From positions 10,613-42,612 of the forward strand of contig JAUSKK010000022.1 in the NCBI GenBank assembly GCA_030649345.1: a stretch of DNA of 32,000 nucleotides. The letters are read 5' to 3'. Under the pieces are notes generated by a model. The model was not told the origin of the DNA. It saw nothing but the letters and a program-made list of their open reading frames with translations, and did not search any database. The position numbers and the translations under genes were made by a program. Position 1 is the stretch's first letter. Each line of letters begins with the position of its first letter. The stretch is from Candidatus Iainarchaeum sp. GTDB lineage: Archaea > Iainarchaeota > Iainarchaeia > Iainarchaeales > 0-14-0-20-34-12. Below, in pieces: positions 1-8,761 of this stretch.

Positions 1-335
1 TCCAATTCCACAAACTCTACAGCAAATACTCTTTTTTGCAATAATAATTTATTCAAATCAATATCGGTATCCAATTTAATTTTGAACGAATTTGCAGGAT
101 TAATATAACAAGCCACAATTAGTTTGGCAATCGTATCCAGATTGTCTTCTTTTACATGCAAAACTAAGTCTTTGTTTAAATGTTCTTTAATGTCCGGAAA
201 AATAGATAATTCTCCGCGCGAACCTTCTTCTAAAGAAACATTGGAAACAGAAGTAATCTTGTGCTTTTTGCACCAATGGGTTGGCAAATACACATAATGC
301 ATATTGCCAGTCTTTTGAACTTTACGCACGTCCAT
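1..335 (-). CDS. SpoVT/AbrB-domain protein, probably the N-terminus of an archaeal PhoU-like phosphate-uptake regulator (partial, runs off the window edge)
   Basis: My own translation from the ATG at complement 333-335 gives MDVRKVQKTGNMHYVYLPTHWCKKHKITSVSNVSLEEGSRGELSIFPD..., open to position 1. The RKVQ.TG....V.LP..W pattern matches the AbrB-type N-terminus of archaeal PhoU-like regulators. It is absent from the ORF track because the window truncates it. Confidence 0.5.
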   Translation of the reverse strand, partial: MDVRKVQKTGNMHYVYLPTHWCKKHKITSVSNVSLEEGSRGELSIFPDIKEHLNKDLVLHVKEDNLDTIAKLIVACYINPANSFKIKLDTDIDLNKLLLQKRVFAVEFVEL

Positions 336-372
336 ATACAATAGTATAGGGTACTATTTATAAGTAAATAGT

Positions 373-1173
373 TTACTGGTTTTTTATAGATTTTAGGGTT
401 TCCGGCAATTGTTCCATGACTTGAACTGCAGTATAATTCAAGCCTTTTTTCTGAGCTAAATGATCGGCAGTTTTGCCTAGCAAAAAACAGGCAGAACAAC
501 AAGAAAGCAGTAATTCATTTTTGGAAGCAAAAGCTGTGATTAAACCTGCTAAAATATCTCCTGTGCCGCCTGTGGTTAAGCCGGCATTTCCTTGCTGATC
601 TAAAAAAGTTTTTGAACCATTGGTAATAGTTTCAATGGATTGTTTGAGAACTATTGTGCACTGAAATTTTTTGGCACAAAAAATTGCATTTTTGGAAGTT
701 GGGTTGAGTTTAAACAAGAATTGAAATTCTTGCGCATGCGGAGTAAGAATGCAATTCACGTGCAAGAGTTTTGGATTCAGTAAACGCAAAGCAGTTGCGT
801 CTAAAATGGTTTTTTTATTGGAAAAAGTTTTCAAAAATCCGTTAATTAAAGATTTGTTTTTTGAATTTAACGAAAGGCCTGGGCCCAGCAAAACAGAATC
901 TGCTTTTTCGGCAAATTTTTCTAAATTCTTTTTCGTTAATTCAGAAACAATGAATTCTGGAGAAGAATTTTTTGCAAATGGGATGTTGGATTTTTCTGTC
1001 AGAACATAAACCAAGTCAACAAAATAACTGGAAGTCAAAGCAGAAAAAATACTGGCGCCATGATATTGTTGAGAACCAGCAACAATCAAGACTCTGCCGT
1101 TTTCTCCTTTATGGGATTTTGAAGAACGAACCTGCAAAGATTTGAGTTGGACTAAAGAGGTGTAAGCAACCAT
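373..1173 (-). CDS. nnrD: ADP/ATP-dependent NAD(P)H-hydrate dehydratase (YjeF C-terminal / carbohydrate-kinase fold), stand-alone
   Basis: 266 aa with an ATG start. Contains HKGENGRVLIVAGS near the N-terminus and the GGTGDILAG nucleotide-binding motif near the C-terminus, both typical of the family. Confidence 0.8.
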   Translation of the reverse strand: MVAYTSLVQLKSLQVRSSKSHKGENGRVLIVAGSQQYHGASIFSALTSSYFVDLVYVLTEKSNIPFAKNSSPEFIVSELTKKNLEKFAEKADSVLLGPGLSLNSKNKSLINGFLKTFSNKKTILDATALRLLNPKLLHVNCILTPHAQEFQFLFKLNPTSKNAIFCAKKFQCTIVLKQSIETITNGSKTFLDQQGNAGLTTGGTGDILAGLITAFASKNELLLSCCSACFLLGKTADHLAQKKGLNYTAVQVMEQLPETLKSIKNQ

Positions 1174-1262
1174 AACATCAGGATACTTTGAAGAAAATGC
1201 CTTTTTAAATTGTTTTGTTAAAAAAACTATTACTTGTTTTTAAGATAAATGTGGGTTTTTGG

Positions 1263-1333
1263 CAGTGTGTTGAATGAATAAAAAGCTTATGATTGATTTA
1301 TATTTGTTGGATTATAAAGTATTCAACACACTG
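1263..1333. promoter_or_regulatory. 13-bp perfect inverted repeat bracketing the hppA promoter region
   Basis: CAGTGTGTTGAAT (1263-1275) and ATTCAACACACTG (1321-1333) are exact reverse complements. They enclose TATA-like ATTTATATTT (1296-1305) and end immediately before the GGAGGG Shine-Dalgarno (1333-1338) and the ATG at 1346. Confidence 0.5.
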
Positions 1334-1345
1334 GAGGGTTATTGA

Positions 1346-3415
1346 ATGGTTCAAGCTGAAGTTTTACTAGGTTTAGTTTCAGGAATTGCGGCAGTAATTT
1401 ATTCAATTTATTTGGCTTTTTCAATTACAAAATTGCCTTCCGGCAACAAGAAAATGCAGGAAATTAGCCAAGCCATTCGAACTGGAGCCATGGCTTATTT
1501 GAAACGCCAATACAAAACAGTGGGAACATTTGCCATAATTTTATTTTTAGTATTTTTAGGCTTAGGATATTTTGTAAGTTCCAGCTGGTATTTTACTGGA
1601 ATTAGTTTTGCAGTAGGAGCTATCCTAACAGCTTTGGCTGGATTTATTGGAATGCATATTACAACTCTAGCCAATGTAAGAACCACAGAAGCAGCTAAAA
1701 ATGGATTAAGCAAAGCCATGAATGTAGCATTCAAAGCAGGAAGTGTAATGGGCTTTGCAGTCGTAGGCTTAGGATTGTTGGGAGTTACTGGAATGTTTTA
1801 TTTTTATTCCATAATTTTATTACCCAATGAAATACTACAGGCAATTATTGGAATGGGATTTGGAGCATCGCTTGTAGCTTTGTTTGCCAGAGTCGGCGGA
1901 GGAATTTTCACCAAAGGAGCTGATGTGGGAGCAGATTTAGTTGGAAAAATAGAAAAAGGAATTCCAGAAGATGACCCCAGAAATCCTGCAGTCATTGCAG
2001 ACAATGTCGGAGACAATGTAGGAGATTGTGCAGGAATGGGTTCCGATTTATTTGAAAGTTATATTGTAACCATTATTGCCACCATGTTATTAGGCCAAGT
2101 AATCATTGGAAACGCAGGAGTACTTTTTCCAATTGCCATTGCAAGTATTGCAATCATGGCAACCATTGTTGGATCATTCTTTGTAAAATTAGGAAAAAGC
2201 CATAATGTAATGGGCGCTTTAAATAAAGGAATTATGGTGAGCGCAGTTTTAGCTGCAGTCATTTTTTATTTTGCAAGCCAAAGAATTCCTTTACGAGATG
2301 GAATTAATCCATTCGGAGTATTTATTTCCAGCATAACAGGATTAATGGTTGCTTTGTTGATTGTTTGGATTTCAGATTATTACACTAGCACCAAACACAA
2401 ACCAGTTAAAGAAATTGCAGACTCAAGCCAAACTGGAGCTGGAACAAACGTAATTTCTGGATTGGCTGTAGGATTTGAAAGCACAGCATTGCCTGCAATT
2501 GTAATTGCAGTAGGAATATTAATTGCATTTTATAGTGCAGGAATTTTTGGAATTGCTGTAGCCAGTTTAGCCATGGTATCCATTACAGGAATTATGGTGG
2601 CTATTGATACTTTTGGACCAGTCACAGACAATGCCGGCGGAATTGCTGAAATGGCTGGATTGGATAAAAGTGTACGAAAAGTCACAGACGAATTGGATGC
2701 AGTTGGAAATACAACTAAAGCAACAACGAAAGGATTTGCAATAGGAAGTGCAGGATTGGCTGCACTTGCATTGTTGTTGGCTTTTGCACAAGAAAGCAGA
2801 CTGCCTATGGACTTGAATGGAATTCCAATTGTAAACATTATGGATGTACGAGTATTGGTTGGATTATTGTTGGGAGCCATGCTGCCTTTTTTGTTTAGTT
2901 CTTTTTGCATGAAAGCAGTTGGAGTGACTGCCAAACAAATTGTACACGAAGTACGCAGACAATTTAGAGAAATTAAAGGACTCATGGAAGGAACAGGAAA
3001 ACCAGATTATGCAAAATGTGTAGATATTAGCACACAAACAGCATTGAAAGAATTAATGAAACCAGGATTGCTTACAGTTGGAAGTGCTTTAATTATAGGA
3101 TTTACTTTCGGTCCTTTAGGTTTAGCTGGATTGTTAGTTGGAAGTTTAATCACAGGATTAATGTTAGCCATCTATATGAGTATTGCTGGAGGAGCCTGGG
3201 ACAATGCCAAAAAATACATTGAACAAGGACACTTTGGAGGCAAAGGAAGTGAAGTACACAAAGCAGCAGTGGTTGGAGACACAGTTGGGGATCCATTCAA
3301 AGATACAGCAGGACCTAGCTTGAATTCCTTGATTAAAGTATTGAATACTTTAGCTATTGTAATTGCGCCTTTAATTATTCAATACAATTTGGTAACATGG
3401 CTGCATTTAGTGTAA
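1346..3415 (+). CDS. hppA: Membrane-bound proton-translocating inorganic pyrophosphatase, K+-independent type
   Basis: 689 aa and highly hydrophobic. Carries the signature [35 protein letters not shown], plus [19 protein letters not shown] and [19 protein letters not shown] Shine-Dalgarno lies 7 nt upstream of the ATG. Confidence 0.95.
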   Translation: MVQAEVLLGLVSGIAAVIYSIYLAFSITKLPSGNKKMQEISQAIRTGAMAYLKRQYKTVGTFAIILFLVFLGLGYFVSSSWYFTGISFAVGAILTALAGFIGMHITTLANVRTTEAAKNGLSKAMNVAFKAGSVMGFAVVGLGLLGVTGMFYFYSIILLPNEILQAIIGMGFGASLVALFARVGGGIFTKGADVGADLVGKIEKGIPEDDPRNPAVIADNVGDNVGDCAGMGSDLFESYIVTIIATMLLGQVIIGNAGVLFPIAIASIAIMATIVGSFFVKLGKSHNVMGALNKGIMVSAVLAAVIFYFASQRIPLRDGINPFGVFISSITGLMVALLIVWISDYYTSTKHKPVKEIADSSQTGAGTNVISGLAVGFESTALPAIVIAVGILIAFYSAGIFGIAVASLAMVSITGIMVAIDTFGPVTDNAGGIAEMAGLDKSVRKVTDELDAVGNTTKATTKGFAIGSAGLAALALLLAFAQESRLPMDLNGIPIVNIMDVRVLVGLLLGAMLPFLFSSFCMKAVGVTAKQIVHEVRRQFREIKGLMEGTGKPDYAKCVDISTQTALKELMKPGLLTVGSALIIGFTFGPLGLAGLLVGSLITGLMLAIYMSIAGGAWDNAKKYIEQGHFGGKGSEVHKAAVVGDTVGDPFKDTAGPSLNSLIKVLNTLAIVIAPLIIQYNLVTWLHLV

Positions 3416-3495
3416 TTAACAAAATGCAGTTTTTATTTTTTTCTAATTTTTATTTTATTTTTATTGAAAACAAATTGATTTAAAAAATAAAAAAA

Positions 3496-3521
3496 AGTAC
3501 AGGACTTTTCAGCCCTGTACT
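3496..3521. terminator. Hairpin terminator between the convergent hppA and coiled-coil protein genes
   Basis: AGTACAGG (3496-3503) pairs with CCTGTACT (3514-3521). On the minus-strand transcript the hairpin is followed by a run of 8 U (complement of A3488-3495 region). On the plus strand, oligo-T tracts follow the hppA stop (3431 onward). Confidence 0.45.
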
Positions 3522-3539
3522 GTGTGGTTTGAATGGTTT

Positions 3540-5078
3540 TTAGCGTGGCAAAACTGTGCCTGCGCGATTTCTTAAATTTTCTGCGCGTTCATTCAATCGA
3601 TCAGCCCTAGTTTCTGTGCGTTCATCTACTCGATCAATCACAGAGTCTAAACGATCTGCTGCAGTTTCTTGTCCTTCTTCTCGAAGATTATCTGCACGAA
3701 CAGTTAATCGGTCGGAAACTTTTTCTCCGCGATTTTCAATACGTTCAGCTTTTTCACTTACACGTTGAGCTCTACGTTCCAAAGTTTGAGCAACCAATGC
3801 ACGAAGTTTTGGACTAAATTTATTTTGATCCAAATTTTCCAAACGAGTTTTAGCTCTTTGAACAACTTGGGTTAAAGCAGACTTAGCTTGAACTGGAACT
3901 TTTTCAAGAACTCGTTCCAATACACGAATATGGCGTTCACGAATTTCTTCTTTTAATTCTTTCTTTTTTTGAGTCAATTCCTGCAAACAAGTTTCTTGTT
4001 CAAGTCCTTCCAATGAACTGCAGCGCTTGCGAATTGCATTCACTTCTAAAACAAAAGAATTAATTTTGTCAGCCAATTCACTGGCATCTGCTGAAACTTC
4101 TGCTTCAATTTCAACTTCTGCACTGGTTTCCGTTTCACTAGACGAAACATCAGAAACAGTTGTTTCGGTTTCAGAAATTAAAGATTCAATTTCGCTTAAT
4201 GTTTCTGAATCAGTTACTAAAGCAGAACGCAGTCTTTGCTTGGTTAAAACCAAAAATGCTTTGGCACGATTGGATCGAACTACAGAACCTTGTTTTAATT
4301 TTGAAAAAAGTTCTTTTTTGTTTCGAACACCTTCCAATTCGGTTTCAATTTCGTCTACAGTTTTTCCAGTTTTAGCCTGTAAAACTTGCTTCAAGCGTTC
4401 GCGTTTGATTTCAAATTTTTCCTGCAAAGCTTGTTTGCGTGCTTCAAATTTGTTTTCTAAATCAGATAATTTAACTAAAACACGTTCAATGGCAATAGCT
4501 CCTTTTCCGGAACGATTGGCTAATTTTTCTTTTACTCTCTGCAAAACCATTGCACGAATGCTTACATGTTCTGCTAAATCTGCTTCCAAAGAAAGAGTTT
4601 CAGTTACTTGAATAGATTCAGAATTTAAAGATTCTTCTACTGGGACTAAATCCACTGCAAGTTCAGCTTCAGATTCCATTGTTTCCGCTTCAGTTAAAGC
4701 TTCTTCTGCGCCAGCATCATTTCCTTCATCGGCTGCAGTTTTAGCTTCCAAAAAACGTTCTCTGGCAATCAGCAAAGCTTTTTTGGCTTTGGCATGCTTA
4801 TTAAAAGTTAAAGCCAAAGATACTTTATCAAAAGCTTTATCCAAGCCATACAAAAAATGACCTGGGCCTATTCCTCCAGAACCAGAAATAACTTCAGTTC
4901 CAGGCAAACTATCTAAATTTCCTTCTAATTTAGGCAAACTATCTAAGTCTAATTCTGTTTCAATACTTGCATTGGATTCAATACTTGTTTCTTGAACCAA
5001 TACCCCTTCTTGAGCCAATCCAGTAAACGAAAAGGCTATCAAGAAAACCAATAAAATACTTGCATTTGCAAACTTCAT
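3540..5078 (-). CDS. Secreted acidic coiled-coil protein of unknown function, possibly DUF5667-like at the N-terminus
   Basis: 512 aa. Signal peptide MKFANASILLVFLIAFSFTGLAQ, then long E/R/K/L-rich heptad-like sequence. The C-terminal charged repeats include ADRL..ERAENLRNR. The LDSLP motif occurs twice, encoded by a 15-nt DNA repeat at 4902-4916 and 4932-4946. An AGGTGA Shine-Dalgarno precedes the ATG. Confidence 0.6.
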   Translation of the reverse strand: MKFANASILLVFLIAFSFTGLAQEGVLVQETSIESNASIETELDLDSLPKLEGNLDSLPGTEVISGSGGIGPGHFLYGLDKAFDKVSLALTFNKHAKAKKALLIARERFLEAKTAADEGNDAGAEEALTEAETMESEAELAVDLVPVEESLNSESIQVTETLSLEADLAEHVSIRAMVLQRVKEKLANRSGKGAIAIERVLVKLSDLENKFEARKQALQEKFEIKRERLKQVLQAKTGKTVDEIETELEGVRNKKELFSKLKQGSVVRSNRAKAFLVLTKQRLRSALVTDSETLSEIESLISETETTVSDVSSSETETSAEVEIEAEVSADASELADKINSFVLEVNAIRKRCSSLEGLEQETCLQELTQKKKELKEEIRERHIRVLERVLEKVPVQAKSALTQVVQRAKTRLENLDQNKFSPKLRALVAQTLERRAQRVSEKAERIENRGEKVSDRLTVRADNLREEGQETAADRLDSVIDRVDERTETRADRLNERAENLRNRAGTVLPR

Positions 5079-5167
5079 TCAATCACCTTGAACAAAACTG
5101 CGGTGAAATGGTTAATATAAACTTCTTGGAACAAGATGGAACAACAACCCCAGCAGGATGGAACGAG

Positions 5168-6106
5168 CTATTTTTTCACTTGTTCCAATAACTTTACCAA
5201 ATTAGTATTACCATAAGGCACTACTTCAATTAAGCCGCGGACTTGCAAATCTTTAAGAGTACGAGACAATTTGGCTTTGGAAAAATTAAGCTCTGCCTGC
5301 AATTGTTTTTGTTTAACCGTAAAATTGGGTGCATTTTTTAAAGCTTGAAGAATGGCTTTTTCTTTTTCCAATAAATGAGACTCAAACTCTAAATCAGTGT
5401 TTTGAACAGATAAATTGGGCTGAGATAAAAAAGAAGGCAGTTTAAATTTAGGTTTTTTGTGCTTAAAAAAATACCCTACCACCCCGGCAATAATAACCAA
5501 AGAAAAAATAATGAATAATAAAAAAGAAATAGAATCATTCTTGGATTTTAAGAAAACCAAAAAAACAATGGATTCATTTTTCTTTAAATTAAAGCGGTGC
5601 CATTGCAATAAAATATTTTGGCCATCGCTGGTAATGGAGTCCGGTAAAGGAAATACCGGCTGATCGGAAGAAGAAATTGGATTCAATAAAGCTTGGCCTT
5701 CGGTTAACTTAATTTGAACATTTAAAATCTGCGCAGGAAGAGAAGCACGGAGTTCGGATAAAAAAAATGAACGATTGGAATACTGGAGCAATTCCTTTGT
5801 AGAATAGGCAATCGTCAAAGTACCTGAGTTAGGCAAAGATGGAATTTTTAATATTTTTTCTTTTTGAAAATTTACAACATCAAACGAAACAGAAGCCATA
5901 CCGGGAATGGTAACTTGAACATTTTTGGAATCCAAAGGCAAAACCAAATTCAAATCTGTTAAATTTTCATACACTAAAGCATAGCCAACTTGAACTTCGT
6001 TTTCGTGAATGGTGTATTCTGCATTAAATTCAGAAAAAGAAGAATCTTGAGCCAAGACAAAAACTGGGAAAAGAAATACAAAAAATACTATAATTGAAAA
6101 TCGCAT
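5168..6106 (-). CDS. Membrane-anchored winged-helix (MarR/ArsR-like) transcriptional regulator with an extracytoplasmic N-terminal domain
   Basis: 312 aa. Signal peptide MRFSIIVFFVFLFPVFVLAQ, an ectodomain of about 170 aa, and one TM helix (ISFLLFIIFSLVIIAGVVGYFF). The cytoplasmic wHTH reads EKEKAILQALKNAPNFTVKQKQLQAELNFSKAKLSRTLKDLQVRGLIEVVPYGNTNLVKL. Confidence 0.65.
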   Translation of the reverse strand: MRFSIIVFFVFLFPVFVLAQDSSFSEFNAEYTIHENEVQVGYALVYENLTDLNLVLPLDSKNVQVTIPGMASVSFDVVNFQKEKILKIPSLPNSGTLTIAYSTKELLQYSNRSFFLSELRASLPAQILNVQIKLTEGQALLNPISSSDQPVFPLPDSITSDGQNILLQWHRFNLKKNESIVFLVFLKSKNDSISFLLFIIFSLVIIAGVVGYFFKHKKPKFKLPSFLSQPNLSVQNTDLEFESHLLEKEKAILQALKNAPNFTVKQKQLQAELNFSKAKLSRTLKDLQVRGLIEVVPYGNTNLVKLLEQVKK

Positions 6107-6126
6107 GTACTAATTTAAGGCATTGA

Positions 6127-6135
6127 TTTATATAA
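6127..6135. promoter_or_regulatory. Shared TATA box in a 60-bp divergent intergenic region
   Basis: TTTATATAA has a perfectly palindromic core, TTATATAA (6128-6135). Its centre is about 25 nt from the minus-strand ATG (6106) and about 35 nt from the plus-strand ATG (6167). Confidence 0.4.
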
Positions 6136-6166
6136 TTGTTCGGGCACAAGTTTCTGAAGTGAATTT

Positions 6167-6778
6167 ATGAACGAAAAACTTGTACTTGGATTGATCGGAA
6201 TTTTAGTTTTATTCGGATGCACTGCAGGAACAGAAGCTGGACGTACAGGAACCCAAATTGAAAGCTTTGAAAATGGATGGAGTGAAATTCAAGCAATCGA
6301 AGACCAGCAAATGATTAATTTGAGTACTTTTGTAAATACAGACCCTGAATTGGATTTGCCTTGGATCTTGGATCAAACAAAATTAGAGCAAGTGAAAACA
6401 CAGATTGCAAACATTCAAACTAGGACTCAAGACCTAAGTTTGCGGCAATTGACAAAATTGTATTTAGCTGCATTGAATGCAGTACAAACTGGGATGGACG
6501 CAGAACCAGCCTTGCGAGTGCTTGTGAATCTAGATACCGTAAATCCTTTAGAAGTTTGTGCTAGTTCGGTGGAAAACAGCATTGGAAAAGTAAAAGAATA
6601 TTTGAATGAATTAATTGCATTGACTGAAAAAAGAAATGAATTCACGGAAAGCTTTCCAGAACAAGCCAGCACTGCTGGAATTTTAAAATTTGAAGGAAGT
6701 ATAGAAGAAACACAAGCAGGAATTACTGCAATGGATTCTGTCAGCCAAGAACTAAAACAAGCCTGCAACTGGAACTAA
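6167..6778 (+). CDS. Putative lipoprotein or secreted protein of unknown function
   Basis: 203 aa. N-terminal hydrophobic segment with a lipobox-like LFGC (MNEKLVLGLIGILVLFGCTAG). I recognised no catalytic motif. Confidence 0.55.
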   Translation: MNEKLVLGLIGILVLFGCTAGTEAGRTGTQIESFENGWSEIQAIEDQQMINLSTFVNTDPELDLPWILDQTKLEQVKTQIANIQTRTQDLSLRQLTKLYLAALNAVQTGMDAEPALRVLVNLDTVNPLEVCASSVENSIGKVKEYLNELIALTEKRNEFTESFPEQASTAGILKFEGSIEETQAGITAMDSVSQELKQACNWN

Positions 6779-6786
6779 ACAAACAA

Positions 6787-7347
6787 TCAGGGTCTTCGCA
6801 TTAAATTTATTTTTCGTTTAACTAAAGTGGTTTGTTTTTTCTTTTTTAAATAAATTGCACGACGCAAAGAAGTTGTGCGTTCACGTGAACGGTTTGAAAA
6901 AGGAAGTCGAAAAGCATTGCGAATTTTTGCTAACTTAAATCCAGATTCTAAAAAGAATTTTACATTCGGAGTACGAGCATCTACAACCAGTGAAGGTTTT
7001 TGAAGAATTTTTGCATGCCGTTTGATTGAATTCAGCAAACGGGTTCTGCAAAAATTAGCAAACTTTGAATTATTCACCAATTCTTGGTCAAACAAAGTTC
7101 GTTGAGGCAAAGTGCTGATTCCTTGAACCAAGATATCTTTTTTTCGAACAAAACCAGTTAAAGAAAACAAGAAAGAACTTGTATGTTTGGAAACTACATT
7201 GTAGGTTACGGACGAAAATCTTGCAGACAAAGAACCTTGAGCTGTTGGTTCTCGGTCAGCTAAAGTTTCATGGACTTCAAAAGAAACTCCTTCAAAGGTT
7301 CCTTCGGCCACTTTTCTAGAATTAATCATTCTTACAGGTTGATCCAT
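6787..7347 (-). CDS. Hypothetical basic protein with a weak GNAT-like C-terminal pattern
   Basis: 186 aa with an ATG start. NVKFFLESGFKL resembles the GNAT beta-alpha-beta end motif, but the Q/RxxGxG/A motif is absent. The tail is very basic (KKKKQTTLVKRKINLMRRP). Confidence 0.4.
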   Translation of the reverse strand: MDQPVRMINSRKVAEGTFEGVSFEVHETLADREPTAQGSLSARFSSVTYNVVSKHTSSFLFSLTGFVRKKDILVQGISTLPQRTLFDQELVNNSKFANFCRTRLLNSIKRHAKILQKPSLVVDARTPNVKFFLESGFKLAKIRNAFRLPFSNRSRERTTSLRRAIYLKKKKQTTLVKRKINLMRRP

Positions 7348-7405
7348 ACAGTAAATATGGAACTCGGAAGATTTAAAAGTATTTAATTCCAGAATTAAAG
7401 GAACT

Positions 7406-8047
7406 ATGGACTATCAAGGAACTGAAATTCAAAGATTCAAGCATGCTACTATTTTCTTAAAAAACAAGAAAGGATTGATAGTTTACATTGACCCGTATTT
7501 AACGGATACCCGTATGGAAAAAGCAGATATTGTGATTTGTACACATGAACACTTTGATCATTATAGCCCGGAAGATATTTTTAAGATTTCAAAAAAAGAA
7601 ACAATACTAATTGGGCCGGAAGGAGTTTGTAAAAAAACAAAAGATAGAAATGCAAAAATTTTAAGAGTTGGAGAAACGATTGAAGTTTTAGGAATTAAAA
7701 TTACTGGAACTGAAATGTACAATATTGACAAATTTAGATTGCCGGGAGTTCCATTTCACCCGAAAGGTTTGGGTATTGGAATTATTGTGGAAATGGATGG
7801 AGTTAAAGTCTATCATGCAGGAGATACTGATTTTATTCCGGAAATGAAAAACCTGAAAGTAAATATTGCTTGCCTGCCGGTTTCTGGAACTTTTGTAATG
7901 ACTTGGCAGGAAGCAGTGCATGCAGCGGAAGCCATTCAGGCAGATTTAACGATTCCCATTCACTACGGAGATGGAGTGATTGGCACAAAAGAAGACGCTG
8001 AAAACTTTAAAAAATATTATAAAGGAAAAACAGAAATATTGAAATAA
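7406..8047 (+). CDS. Metallo-beta-lactamase-fold metal-dependent hydrolase (UPF0173-like)
   Basis: 213 aa. Contains the HxHxDH motif as CTHEHFDHYSP, plus downstream HAGDTDF and a conserved His/Asp pattern. Confidence 0.8.
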   Translation: MDYQGTEIQRFKHATIFLKNKKGLIVYIDPYLTDTRMEKADIVICTHEHFDHYSPEDIFKISKKETILIGPEGVCKKTKDRNAKILRVGETIEVLGIKITGTEMYNIDKFRLPGVPFHPKGLGIGIIVEMDGVKVYHAGDTDFIPEMKNLKVNIACLPVSGTFVMTWQEAVHAAEAIQADLTIPIHYGDGVIGTKEDAENFKKYYKGKTEILK

Positions 8048-8090
8048 GTAGTAACTTTAGGAAGGATGGTCAGGATTAACTTAAAACTGG

Positions 8091-8112
8091 GAAGGAAACC
8101 TTGGTTTCCTTC
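8091..8112. terminator. Hairpin between convergent genes
   Basis: GAAGGAAACC (8091-8100), TT, then GGTTTCCTTC (8103-8112). This is a 9-10 bp perfect stem between the stops at 8047 (+) and 8149 (-). No strong T-run follows it. Confidence 0.35.
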
Positions 8113-8148
8113 GCGGTTTAGAAAAACACAATTATTGAACGGAAAAAA

Positions 8149-8703
8149 TTAATCGGTATCGGGTTGGCCGGCTTGTGCAATGGCTTCTTTGGCTTTTTCC
8201 TGAATTTCTTTTTTTTGTTCTTCAGAAAACGAACCAAAATAATCTAAGAATTTTTTGGTTGTACGCAAAATATATGATCTGCCTTTATGTTCGCGTGCAA
8301 TAAATCCTTTTTCATCCAATTCTTTAATGTGATCATACGCTTTGTTGTTTCGATATTTGATAATTTCCGATTGTTTAACTGGCTGGCGGTAAGCAATTAA
8401 AGCCAAAGTTTTTTGAACTCCTTTATTAAAGCCAGACTCGGAAGCCAAATGTTTTACTTTGTCTAAATACGGCAAGCGGACTCGCATTAAGGCTTCTTTG
8501 GATTCTTCATTAAAATATACTTCCAAAACAGTTTGCTGGGAGTCGTATTCTTTTTTGAGTTCTTTCAATAAAGATAAAACTTCGGCATGCGTTGCTAATC
8601 CAGAATTGGAACGCAAGTACTCAAAAGATACTGTTTTGGGAGCCATAAATAAAGTAGCTTCTACCAATTTTCGTTGTTCAATGCGGTCAAAATCTATAGA
8701 CAT
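8149..8703 (-). CDS. scpB: Segregation and condensation protein B
   Basis: VEATLFMAPKTVSFEYL, then ALIAYRQPVKQSEIIKYRNNKAYDHIKELDEKGFI, are the tandem wHTH signatures of ScpB. I chose the internal ATG (8701-8703, MSIDFDRIEQ...). The 8799 start adds a non-homologous extension that overlaps the neighbouring gene. Confidence 0.75.
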   Translation of the reverse strand: MSIDFDRIEQRKLVEATLFMAPKTVSFEYLRSNSGLATHAEVLSLLKELKKEYDSQQTVLEVYFNEESKEALMRVRLPYLDKVKHLASESGFNKGVQKTLALIAYRQPVKQSEIIKYRNNKAYDHIKELDEKGFIAREHKGRSYILRTTKKFLDYFGSFSEEQKKEIQEKAKEAIAQAGQPDTD

Positions 8704-8761
8704 AAGTTCTATTAAATAAAAGAGAATTTTGTTTAAAAAGGATTGGTTTGTATTAAAGTAC

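Noticed and set aside
230-502. 90-aa minus-strand ORF spanning the nnrD 3' end
   Set aside because: It overlaps the nnrD stop region and the start of the AbrB/PhoU-like gene in a different frame. The Cys/Ile-rich sequence looks implausible.
1495-2985. Several 67-151-aa minus-strand ORFs inside hppA
   Set aside because: They are antisense shadows of a highly conserved membrane PPase gene, with no motifs or independent start signals.
3556-4611. Plus-strand ORFs of 70, 71 and 194 aa, S/R/F-rich
   Set aside because: They lie antisense to the Glu/Leu/Lys-rich coiled-coil gene. Their composition is simply the complement of GAA/AAG-rich codons.
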